From an uncultured Methanosarcinales archaeon (GTDB lineage: Archaea > Nanobdellota > Nanobdellia > Woesearchaeales > JACJVV01): 64,000 nt of DNA. The stretch is from contig CAZOOV010000005.1 in NCBI GenBank assembly GCA_964581515.1, positions 75,025 to 139,024 on the forward strand. Reading direction: 5' to 3'. Made by a program: the position numbers and the translations under genes. Positions 38,757-48,031 of the stretch are shown here, in pieces (within the stretch, counting starts at the first letter, position 1; the number at the start of each line of letters is the position of its first letter). Below the pieces are notes generated by a model. That model was given only the letters and a program-made list of their open reading frames with translations. It was not told where the DNA came from and did no database searches.

Positions 38757-39611
38757 ATGCTAAGTGGGATTATTTTTGGCATAATACCTATGATTTGTTG
38801 GGGAATAGGGGATTTCTTAAGTGCAGGATTAACTAAGAAAATAGGTCCATTAAGAACTGCTACATGGGTACAAAGTATAGCCTTAGTAATATACCTATGT
38901 ATATTTACAATATTTTTTAGAACGATAGATATTTCTTCAATAGCATTATTCATGGTACTTGCAACTGGACTTGTTGGTACTATTGCATATCTAAATTTCT
39001 TTAAAGGATTACAAGAAGGTAAAGCTTCTGTCATTAGTCCACTAACTGCATGCTGGGGTATTATAACTGTTGTATTGAGCGTAATCTTATTCCAGGAAAA
39101 ACTAGTGAGTATTAAGGTTATAGGGGTTGCATTGGCCATTTTAGGAGGCGTACTAACTTCTATAAGGTTTCATGATATATTTAAATTAAAGTTAAAAGAG
39201 ATTGAAAAAGGAGTCTTATCTGGAATTATTGCTTTGTTGTTATATGGTGTATTCTTTACTATGACAAGTGTACTTGTAAAAGAAATAGGGTGGTTTTTAC
39301 CAATATTTCTAATCAATATTTTTAGAGTCCCAATTCTTCAAAGTTGGACAGCAATAAAATATAAAATCAAATGGTTCCCGAAAAAAGCGATATATATCTT
39401 AATTATTATAGCTATCTTTGAGGCTGTAGCATTTTTATCTTATGGATACGGTGTTAGTTCAAACTATACATCGATCATAGCTCCCATCACAGCGACAAGC
39501 CCCGTTATTGTAATAATCCTTGCAAGAATATTTACTAAGGAAACTTTAGAATGGAGCCAGATAGTGGGAATTATTTCTGCTATTTCGGGTATTGTATTAC
39601 TTTCTTTGTAA
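38757..39611 (+). CDS. EamA/DMT-family transporter
   Basis: 284 aa, ten predicted TM helices in the two-repeat pattern. Confidence 0.55.
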   Translation: MLSGIIFGIIPMICWGIGDFLSAGLTKKIGPLRTATWVQSIALVIYLCIFTIFFRTIDISSIALFMVLATGLVGTIAYLNFFKGLQEGKASVISPLTACWGIITVVLSVILFQEKLVSIKVIGVALAILGGVLTSIRFHDIFKLKLKEIEKGVLSGIIALLLYGVFFTMTSVLVKEIGWFLPIFLINIFRVPILQSWTAIKYKIKWFPKKAIYILIIIAIFEAVAFLSYGYGVSSNYTSIIAPITATSPVIVIILARIFTKETLEWSQIVGIISAISGIVLLSL

Positions 39612-39653
39612 AATTGTTGAAATTTTATATGAAAATTGATAAGAATAGTTTTA

Positions 39654-39677
39654 TGCAGTAGGCTTTATGCCTACTGC
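39654..39677. terminator. perfect 9-bp hairpin (gcagtaggc/gcctactgc) followed by T-rich run, just downstream of the EamA transporter
   Basis: Inverted repeat read directly from sequence. Archaeal termination usually relies on oligo-T, so the role is tentative. Confidence 0.3.
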
Positions 39678-39946
39678 GTTTCTGGAGCCTACAGACGGAA
39701 AACTGTAGAGATCAATACACCTGCTTAGCGGTTACATCCCTTAGAGATTGCACTCTAAAGGTACTAGCATTTAAGCTAGACATAAGCAAGCTTAGTCTAG
39801 CGAAATAATTCTAATAAAAAAAGAGTGATTAGATCAATACACATGCTCAGAAGTTACTCTTTGCTGTCATTGGCTCTCGCCTCTAATGGTGTTCACATCC
39901 TCATAGCATCTTGTGTGATCTTTTTGATTGAAACTTATGGATTTGA

Positions 39947-41599
39947 TTATTTAATTAATTGATGAAATAATGATGCATTTAATTCAAATGCTGCAACAGG
40001 ATATTCAAGTGCAAAATTGTTCAGAACCTCTGGACTCAGCTCTCCTATAGTGCCTATCGATTTCCCCTTCACAATAATTTCACCCACCCTTCCTTCCATA
40101 AATGTTTTATTTGTTATTTCTTTAAGTTCGTATGTAACCTCTAGGTTTGAAAATATATAATCTAATACTTGTTTTATTCGGGTGAAATCTACTTTATCTT
40201 CACAAAGAGCTACTGATAAATGTTGCTCTTCTTTTACACCTGTTTCTTCTTTAGCATCTTTTGTAAATACTGTGCCAATATCGAAAATATGCTGAGGATA
40301 ATCATTATGCTTATTATGTGCTAATGTATCAAGCAAGGATGGCACCATGGCACTTCTTAAACAATTGAATTCTTCAGATATTGAATTAGCAAGCATCACT
40401 GGCTTTTTGCCAAATGAATGAGTTTGCATAACTTGATCATTAGAGATATTATATGTATACAATTCAGTTAATTTAAGTCCAATCAATAATTCTACAAGTT
40501 TTTTCTTTAATATTTCTAACTCACTTTCATGTGCGATTGTTGCTACCTTAGGAATTGTTTCATCAAAGTTCTCATAACCATATGCAATTGCAATATCTTC
40601 TACTAAATCAATCTGATGTAACACATCTGCCCTATATGCAGGAACAAGCACGTTTTTTGACTTCTTCTCATAGCCATATCCCATTTTTGAAAGTAGATTG
40701 ATTACTTCTGTCTCTTTAAGTCCAAGCCCCAGTCGTTTATTGACATAATCAACATCAATTTTCATCTTATTTGGTGAAAGATCAGGGGAAGTTATCCTCT
40801 TATCTGGATAATTTAGCTCTAAAGAATATATCTTTCCGCCCATATCTGCTAATGCTGTAACTATCATATTAAGGCATTTTGCAAGAACTTCATAATCAAA
40901 ACCAGAGCATTCAATAAAAACACCAGTAGTTTGTTCTGATATTTTACCTACATCATGAGAGTTTATTATTGGTGGCATCGAAAGTATGCCTCCTTTTGCA
41001 TCCTTAAAAAAAGGAAATTTATCAAGACCTTCTAAAAGTTGACCATAATCCCTCCCTGTGGGATGTTGACTTAGGATTTGTAGCCCTGTAATTTCTCTTG
41101 GAAATTCTAAAGGTTGAAATTTGACTTTTTTTGGATCTTCTCCAAAGAAAGTGACAGGAAATGTGATTTTTTCCATAGGATACACCCCTATTGCCACTTT
41201 TTTTCTATTCCTACCATAACTGACATGAAGTTTTTCTTGTATCTGAATTATCTCCCTGATTTTCTCATCATCAAACTTAAGATTCTTAACAATAGCACAT
41301 GAAGTAAAAGGTCTCACTTTTGAAACTGATTTTTCTATGATTATCTTTTCTCCTGATTTTTCTATATCATATTTCTTTAGACCTTTATTTACTCCAATAA
41401 AACTAGAAAAAGCCCTAGCAAAGCCTTGTTCAGAAAGAAGATCAGGACGATTAGGAAATATTTCTACATTAATTTCATTGCCTTCAATACTTTCGAGATC
41501 AGTACCTATCATAGAGATACGGTCCTTAAGCTCTTCTAATTTAAGCTTTTTACCTACAAGTTTTTCGAATACTTCTTTGTTAAGTGTTACAGTTGGCAT
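39947..41599 (-). CDS. pheT: phenylalanyl-tRNA synthetase beta subunit (archaeal type)
   Basis: 550 aa. B3/B4 and B5 domains, C-terminal class II-like catalytic-fold domain. Confidence 0.85.
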   Translation of the reverse strand: MPTVTLNKEVFEKLVGKKLKLEELKDRISMIGTDLESIEGNEINVEIFPNRPDLLSEQGFARAFSSFIGVNKGLKKYDIEKSGEKIIIEKSVSKVRPFTSCAIVKNLKFDDEKIREIIQIQEKLHVSYGRNRKKVAIGVYPMEKITFPVTFFGEDPKKVKFQPLEFPREITGLQILSQHPTGRDYGQLLEGLDKFPFFKDAKGGILSMPPIINSHDVGKISEQTTGVFIECSGFDYEVLAKCLNMIVTALADMGGKIYSLELNYPDKRITSPDLSPNKMKIDVDYVNKRLGLGLKETEVINLLSKMGYGYEKKSKNVLVPAYRADVLHQIDLVEDIAIAYGYENFDETIPKVATIAHESELEILKKKLVELLIGLKLTELYTYNISNDQVMQTHSFGKKPVMLANSISEEFNCLRSAMVPSLLDTLAHNKHNDYPQHIFDIGTVFTKDAKEETGVKEEQHLSVALCEDKVDFTRIKQVLDYIFSNLEVTYELKEITNKTFMEGRVGEIIVKGKSIGTIGELSPEVLNNFALEYPVAAFELNASLFHQLIK

Positions 41600-41612
41600 T
41601 TTATTGTGTGAT

Positions 41613-43145
41613 TCATCTCCAAATCTTTACTTCTTTAATTTCTTTCAAATCATTATTGTAAAGCTGTCTAATATCTTTAAATTTGTAAAAACTCATAATA
41701 CCTCTTTCAAGACCTTGACCCCAAGCAAGAACTGGGCACTCAAATCCAAGTAAAGGTTTAACAAGTTCTGGACGAAAAATACCTGCACCACCTAATTCTA
41801 TCCATTCTTTTTTCTCGGGATGGAATACATCAACTTCTAAACTTGGTTCAGTATAAGGGAAATGAGCAGGTCTCATTCTCACCTTTTCAAATCCTAATTT
41901 ATTGTAAAATTCTCTTAAATATCCTTTAAGATGCTTTAATGTTGCATTAGGATCTATAACAATGCCTTCTACTTGATGAAACTCGAATAAATGTTTCCAT
42001 GTAAGAGCTTCATTCCTATACACTTTATTGACTGAGAAGAATTTAGCTGGAAGATCCTCTTTTTTGAGTGAAGCAATTGTCCTAGCTGAAAGAACAGTTG
42101 TATGAGTCCTCATCATATTTAATGATGCTTCATCTTCTGACCATTTACCCCCCCAGCCTTTACTACCTGTATCTGCGCCATTCTCATGTACTTCTTTTAT
42201 CTTGTTCTTTAGCTCTGAAGGAAGTTTTGCCTTAGATGGATCTTTTACATAGAAAGTGTCCTGTTCTGTTCTTGCTGGATGATCTTGAGGAACAAATAAA
42301 ACATCCAAATCCCAAAATGCTGATTGAATTAGGTTGCCTTCCATCTCCTTGAAACCAAGTTCAAGCCAAACTTTTTTGATATAATCAATAGATTGTTTGA
42401 CAAAATGTCTTTTTCCGCCTGTAATCTTTGGAACATTTATTTTAATATCATAATGCCTAAATTTCTTATCTTTCCATTTACCTGATTTAAGCATATCATG
42501 TGTAAGATTATCATCTAGCTCTTGACTTAACTTGTTTTTTTGTAAAATAAGTTTTTTTGCTTTCTCTGTAAGTTTTACAAGTATGATTTTTTGTATATCA
42601 AGTTTGAGAATGTTTCTTCTTTTAATTAAATTATCAAATGCAAATTTTTCTTCATCCTTCAATGAATCTTTTTCAATAGGAAATGATTTTTTTAAGAATA
42701 TCTCTTCTAAACTCTCTTTTTCCAGAAGTTTAGTTCCTTGGGGCGCTTGTTTTATGAAAAGAGCTTTATCTTTATTTTCAGTTATAATAGCTACTTTTTT
42801 CTTTAAAGCACCTATGGATACACCAAATTCCTGTTGATTAAGATCTGCTTCTTTTTGCAAATCTTGTGCTGATTTAAACTCTTTTGTAGATGAAGCTTTT
42901 AATAATCTCTTTTCAGGTAAACCTTTCTTTGCATATATCTTACCATTATCATCAAGATCAATGATTTCTTGCTTGGTCTGATCAAGATTTATTATTTCTT
43001 TATTAGAAAGCCATTGTAGGGCACGCATCACCTCAATATCCTTCATATCTGATTTCTTAATGAGGTCTATATAAGATATACCTTCCTCTAAATAGGGCAA
43101 TAACTTCCTTTCTAAGGGATGAAGCTTATCTATGATGTTATCCAT
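41613..43145 (-). CDS. pheS: phenylalanyl-tRNA synthetase alpha subunit (archaeal type)
   Basis: 510 aa. C-terminal class II motifs (FRPE; GAGIFRPE; GLERG). Adjacent to pheT on the same strand. Confidence 0.85.
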   Translation of the reverse strand: MDNIIDKLHPLERKLLPYLEEGISYIDLIKKSDMKDIEVMRALQWLSNKEIINLDQTKQEIIDLDDNGKIYAKKGLPEKRLLKASSTKEFKSAQDLQKEADLNQQEFGVSIGALKKKVAIITENKDKALFIKQAPQGTKLLEKESLEEIFLKKSFPIEKDSLKDEEKFAFDNLIKRRNILKLDIQKIILVKLTEKAKKLILQKNKLSQELDDNLTHDMLKSGKWKDKKFRHYDIKINVPKITGGKRHFVKQSIDYIKKVWLELGFKEMEGNLIQSAFWDLDVLFVPQDHPARTEQDTFYVKDPSKAKLPSELKNKIKEVHENGADTGSKGWGGKWSEDEASLNMMRTHTTVLSARTIASLKKEDLPAKFFSVNKVYRNEALTWKHLFEFHQVEGIVIDPNATLKHLKGYLREFYNKLGFEKVRMRPAHFPYTEPSLEVDVFHPEKKEWIELGGAGIFRPELVKPLLGFECPVLAWGQGLERGIMSFYKFKDIRQLYNNDLKEIKEVKIWR

Positions 43146-43288
43146 ATTAAGCTCTTAAATTAAGTGTACATTTATAAAAATTGTGTAGAGTGTTGTTTAG
43201 AAGAAAAAGAGATAAGAAAGAAGCTATAATTGAGTTAAAGAATATAGGAAAGGAAAATAAGAAAAAATAAGAAGAAAAAAAGCCTGGC

Positions 43289-44110
43289 TTATTTAGCTTT
43301 AGCTTTAGCTTCTACTTTTTTAAGACTTTTCCAAGCCACTTCAAATAAAGCTTGCAGTGCACTTGCAAAGAAAGGAGTGTTTACCCAAATACCAATATCA
43401 TATGTAGGGTGTACTTCTTCATCATCAAGAACCATAAAAATTAATTCTTTTCCATCGACAATGATAAACCTTGCTTTAGCATCTGTATTACGAACATCTG
43501 CAACAGAAGATAGATCTTTAGCAGCAGCTGTATTTTGTTTAGTTATTGGAGCTGCAACTCTAATCTTAACTCCTCTTTTTTTGAGTTTTTCAAAAATAGG
43601 TTTAAGACCTTCTACTTTTCTCATTAATCCTTGAGAAGTTGTCATTATCTCAACTGTATTTTCAGCATTACGTATTGTAAGCTCAATATGGTTGTAGAGA
43701 TTATGTCTTCCCCTAAGGCTTCCTGACAAATCAGTAGGTTCTACTAATTCAACACCTTGTGTATGTAGTGTGTTTAATTCGTTTAGAAGTTCTGTTTCTC
43801 TTAAGTTATCGAGCCTGTTTATTTTTTCTTCTGCTTCTACTTTCATATTTTTCTTTACTCTCTCAACAACTTCTGAAGGTGAGATTGCGATATATTTAAT
43901 CGGTTTACCCAGCTTCATAACAACAAATCCTTTTTTTTCAAGGCTTTCAAGAACATCATAACTTCTTGACCTTGGAACATTTGCAATATCACTTAATTCG
44001 CCAGCTGTAGACACTCCCCTGGACAGCAATGCAGCCCATATTTTTACTTCATAAAGGTTTAGTGAGAAATAACGTCTAAGCTTGCTCAAAAATTCTTCTT
44101 TTACAATCAT
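43289..44110 (-). CDS. TrmB-family transcriptional regulator (paralog A)
   Basis: 273 aa. N-terminal wHTH; a 44-aa stretch GVSTAGELSDIANVPRSRSYDVLESLEKKGFV.MKLGKPIKYIA is identical (one substitution) to the ORF at 53815-54624. Confidence 0.7.
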   Translation of the reverse strand: MIVKEEFLSKLRRYFSLNLYEVKIWAALLSRGVSTAGELSDIANVPRSRSYDVLESLEKKGFVVMKLGKPIKYIAISPSEVVERVKKNMKVEAEEKINRLDNLRETELLNELNTLHTQGVELVEPTDLSGSLRGRHNLYNHIELTIRNAENTVEIMTTSQGLMRKVEGLKPIFEKLKKRGVKIRVAAPITKQNTAAAKDLSSVADVRNTDAKARFIIVDGKELIFMVLDDEEVHPTYDIGIWVNTPFFASALQALFEVAWKSLKKVEAKAKAK

Positions 44111-44764
44111 TTTGAACCATTCCCCCTCTTTTTTATTGTAGTTAAGACGACAAAAAATTATTTTCTCCCAATGAATAATTTTTTAATCGTTATTAGTTGT
44201 TACTTAACAAACAACATAAAATGTCTCAACTGTACAATAAAAAAATTGAACTACTATTAATATGTTACGGTTTTTGACTTAATGATAGTTACGCCATCTT
44301 TGTATCTACGTAACTCCAACGTTGTGACAACTGATATCTACTAGGCTATTGTAATTTATAAAGATTTAGATGATGAATTTACTAGTCCATAATCAATATT
44401 TTTTAAGAGAGAAATTAAAGAGATAATAGAGGGAGAAAGAAGAATAAATATTATATAAATTATATATAAAAACTAATAAAAACACAAGAATACCATAAAG
44501 TATATATATGAGTAATCATATTGAATGTTTAATTGGAGAGTAACAACAAGTGTGTTTTTGGCATAATAAAAGATTTATAGGGAATTATCGCTTTATCTAA
44601 GAATTTTAAAGCTAATTTAAACCTATTTAATCATAATAAAGGGGTTTTAAGTTAAAAAAAAGCTTTAAATTTAGTATAAGATAACATACATAAACCATAA
44701 AATTTATAAGAATTAAAATCAAAAAAATGAATGTTGGGTATAAACTAAATAGGTTGGTAAAATA

Positions 44765-45430
44765 ATGAAAATAACACAGAAAGCAATAGAACTTGTAATC
44801 CGAGAACTAATTGGAGAAGATGCATTGCCTTTAGTTGAAGTTCTAAAAAACCAGAGCAAAATTTCAGAATTTCAAATCTCAACTAAGATCAAAACACCTG
44901 TCGATGTTATCAGAAATCAGTTATACCGGCTTTATAATCACAATTTAGTTACTTTTATCAGAAAAAAAGATAAGAAAAAAGGATGGTATATCTATTACTG
45001 GAGTTTGAATACAAATAGACTCAAATACCTCATATCAAATCTAAAAAAGAAAAGAGTTGAGAAATTACATGAACATCTTTCTAGAGAAGAAGATGATCAT
45101 TTCTTTGCGTGCGAAAATAGTTGTATAAGAGTTGATTTTGAACAAGCCACTAATTTTGAATATAGATGTCCAGAATGTGGAGAATTGTTACATCAAGAAG
45201 ATAATTCACAAAATATTGAAAAAATCAAGAAAGAAATAAAGAAATTAGAAAAAGAAATTGACGAAGAAAAAGAAAAATTAGCTAAAGAAGAAATAAGTAG
45301 AGAAGAGGAAGAATCAAAGGAGAAAAAAGAACCAAAAACCAAAAAGACAAAGACAGTTAAAAAAACAAAAGCTAAAAAGACAAAAACAGCTAAAAAAACA
45401 ACAAAACCAAAAAAGAAATCTAAAAAGTGA
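44765..45430 (+). CDS. tfe: transcription factor E alpha (TFIIE-alpha homolog) with Lys-rich C-terminal tail
   Basis: 221 aa. N-terminal winged helix, Zn ribbon CENSC...CPECG, then a tail KEPKTKKTKTVKKTKAKKTKTAKKTTKPKKKSKK. Confidence 0.7.
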   Translation: MKITQKAIELVIRELIGEDALPLVEVLKNQSKISEFQISTKIKTPVDVIRNQLYRLYNHNLVTFIRKKDKKKGWYIYYWSLNTNRLKYLISNLKKKRVEKLHEHLSREEDDHFFACENSCIRVDFEQATNFEYRCPECGELLHQEDNSQNIEKIKKEIKKLEKEIDEEKEKLAKEEISREEEESKEKKEPKTKKTKTVKKTKAKKTKTAKKTTKPKKKSKK

Positions 45431-45500
45431 GCATATAATTTCCTAATTCTAAAATATTAAATAACAAAAATAAAAGTAAAGAAAAAATGAGAAAATAAAA

Positions 45501-45731
45501 TTATTTCTTTTTCTTTTTTGATCTAGAAGCAAGTTTTCTTTCAATCTTTTTCTCTTCTGCCTCAATCTTTATTTCTTCAGCTGCGATCTTTTGTGCCATT
45601 CTTTCAATGTTAAGATCCATACGTGCTATTCTTCTTTCAACAAGAACTAAGACACGTAAGCTGTATACGATTGCTGCAAGAGTTCCTATTATGACTGCTA
45701 ATACAAGCCTCAATAATAAATCTTCACCCAT
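45501..45731 (-). CDS. small membrane-anchored coiled-coil protein
   Basis: 76 aa. One TM helix (LRLVLAVIIGTLAAIVYSL) then a charged helix and KKKKK tail. Confidence 0.3.
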   Translation of the reverse strand: MGEDLLLRLVLAVIIGTLAAIVYSLRVLVLVERRIARMDLNIERMAQKIAAEEIKIEAEEKKIERKLASRSKKKKK

Positions 45732-45946
45732 TTTATTACCTCCTTTTTGAATATAATAATGGATTATGTGTTTTTTGTGTTAATATTTTTTATTTTGAAG
45801 TTGACCTTCTTGTATTTTTTTAATTACTTTGTTTATAAAATTTTCGTACTTTAGTATTCAATCTATATTCAGAAATATGAATACATAAAAATTCAAAAAA
45901 TAACATTTATTAGTATTTATGTTAATATTTAAGCTTTAATACAGAT

Positions 45947-46348
45947 TTAGGCTTTAATGTGGTGCTTTGCCCCACATGCTTGACATTTTAAGAAAGATAT
46001 ATTGTTTTCAACAAGTATTTTTGTATCTGGTTTACCACAATCATAACATAAAACAAAAAGATTTGCAAATTGTCTTATTTTTCGATTAATATTTTTTGAA
46101 GATATTTTTGTATTGAATATAAGAAGATTATTTCTTATTTCGCCCGATGTTGCTAACTCCTTAAGTAAATATTTTAGTAAATGTGATTGATCTCTTTGTA
46201 TTGTATTACAAATTTGTTGAAAATTACTAATGATTGTTTTATTACCTTGAAGATGACCGCGTACATTTGGTATTTCAAAACGTTCTCTAACAGAAACAAT
46301 CTCAGGTAAATTATCATGTGCCCGTTTGAGTAGCTTGTTATAATCCAT
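45947..46348 (-). CDS. eif2b: translation initiation factor 2 beta subunit
   Basis: 133 aa. C-terminal C4 zinc ribbon CYDCGKPDT...CQACGA typical of aIF2-beta. Confidence 0.8.
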   Translation of the reverse strand: MDYNKLLKRAHDNLPEIVSVRERFEIPNVRGHLQGNKTIISNFQQICNTIQRDQSHLLKYLLKELATSGEIRNNLLIFNTKISSKNINRKIRQFANLFVLCYDCGKPDTKILVENNISFLKCQACGAKHHIKA

Positions 46349-46475
46349 ATGAAAAGGAGTGAGGTGTTGGTTTATAAAATTAATGATATTTAGGTGAGAT
46401 TATGTATAATCATAAGTAGTTGTATAATTAAAGAAATAAAATAACTAATTATAATAACTTGAAATATAGTAACTC

Positions 46476-46790
46476 TCTCCCCTTGGTTTCCTATGGAACT
46501 CTTTTTTGAAGATGGTTGTGTTCATTCTTTTTTGTAGAGGTTGCAAAACATTTTTTAGAATATGTTTTTTTTAATATATATATTATATTATATTATTTTT
46601 AATATTATAAATATATATATATATCGACTAAAAAAGAAAAAAATGAAAAAAAATCTTTAATTAAAGCAAAAAAAGAGCATACCACAACTGATTAGTAAGT
46701 TCCAGTTGAAATGAAGGGGTGAGGGGTATAATACATATAGAATAAAACAATAAAATATTTAAAGCATACATTTCCAGTGGAACATATGAC
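46476..46790. other. oriC: oriC: inverted ORB elements flanking an AT-rich DUE, plus mini-ORB at the orc1/cdc6 start
   Basis: Right ORB 46699-46727 GTTCCAGTTGAAATGAAGGGGTGAGGGG matches the archaeal ORB consensus (TTCCAGTGGAAATGAAA...GGGG). Left element 46476-46501 is the reverse complement TTCCATAGGAAACCAAGGGGAG. Between them 46561-46640 is almost pure A/T with (TA)n runs. Mini-ORB TTTCCAGTGGAAC at 46771-46783 overlaps the cdc6 start. Confidence 0.65.
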
Positions 46791-47994
46791 ACAAAAATTA
46801 TCTCATGTATTTGAAAAGTATATGAAAAATAAACCTATTTTTGTAAATAAACATTATTTACAATCAAATTATGTTCCAGAAACTATTGAATATAGGGATA
46901 AAGAGATCAATACTATTGCTGAGATACTTGCTTCGTCTTTACGGATGGAAAAACCCTCAAATATTTTTATATATGGGAAAACCGGTACAGGTAAAACATT
47001 AGCAGTTCAATATACCACATCAAAATTAAAAGAAACAGCAGAAGCACATCAAATCCCTTTGAAGATATTATATATCAACTGTAAGCTTAAGAAGATTGCA
47101 GATACAGAATATAGGATTATAGCACAGTTTATTAGGGAACTTGGAAAAGAGGTGCCACCTACGGGTCTTCCAACCGATGAAGTTTATAAGATTTTTATTA
47201 ATATAATTGATTCTTCAAAACAAATGGTTATTTTAGTATTGGATGAAATTGACCAATTAGTTAAAAAAGCAGGAGATGAAATTTTATACAATCTTACAAG
47301 GATGAATACTGAATTAAAGAATACACAATTATCTATTGTTGGTGTATCTAATGATTTATTATTTGCAGATTATATTGATCCAAGAATAAAAAGCTCACTT
47401 AGTGAAGAAGAAATTATATTTTCTCCTTACAATGCATTACAATTAAAAGCGATTTTAAAACAAAGAAGCAAGATTGCATTTGTAGAAGGAGTAATAGAAT
47501 CAGGTATGGTTGAGAAATGTGCTGCTTACGCTGCAAGAGATCATGGTGATGCGCGAAGGGCATTAGAATTACTTAGGGTAGCAGGAGAAATAACTGAAAG
47601 AGATGGTTCAAAGAAAGTTTCAATTAAATATTTGGATTTAGCTGAATCAAAAATTGAAAAAGATAGGATTATTGATATTATTTCAACACAACCAAAACAA
47701 CATCAATTAACTCTTTACTCTATATTGAAGATTTCTGAAAGAACAAAAAAGGTGATTTTTACAGGAGAAATTTATGAATATTATAAGGGGCTTTGTATTG
47801 AAACTTCAATAAGGCCATTAACACAAAGACGTATTTCTGACATTATTTCTGAATTTGATATGTTAGGTTTAATATCTGGTAAAATTATTTCAAAAGGAAG
47901 ATATGGGAGAACAAGGGAAGTAAACATATCCATACCAAAAGAATCGAGACTTAAAGCAAAACAAATCTTGAAATCAGCTCTCGATTTGTCTTAA
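46777..47994 (+). CDS. cdc6: Orc1/Cdc6 replication initiator
   Basis: 405 aa. AAA+ Walker A GKTGTGKT, Walker B VLDEID, C-terminal winged helix. The track start is GTG; ATG at 46786 is the more likely start. Confidence 0.9.
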   Translation: MEHMTQKLSHVFEKYMKNKPIFVNKHYLQSNYVPETIEYRDKEINTIAEILASSLRMEKPSNIFIYGKTGTGKTLAVQYTTSKLKETAEAHQIPLKILYINCKLKKIADTEYRIIAQFIRELGKEVPPTGLPTDEVYKIFINIIDSSKQMVILVLDEIDQLVKKAGDEILYNLTRMNTELKNTQLSIVGVSNDLLFADYIDPRIKSSLSEEEIIFSPYNALQLKAILKQRSKIAFVEGVIESGMVEKCAAYAARDHGDARRALELLRVAGEITERDGSKKVSIKYLDLAESKIEKDRIIDIISTQPKQHQLTLYSILKISERTKKVIFTGEIYEYYKGLCIETSIRPLTQRRISDIISEFDMLGLISGKIISKGRYGRTREVNISIPKESRLKAKQILKSALDLS

Positions 47995-48031
47995 TTTAAT
48001 TTGTCTTAAATGTTTAAGTTAAGTATTTAAT

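Noticed and set aside
39650-39900. SRP (7S) RNA in the long convergent intergenic region
   Set aside because: The conserved helix-8 motifs (GGUCCGGAAGGAAGCAGC-like asymmetric loop) are absent on both strands.
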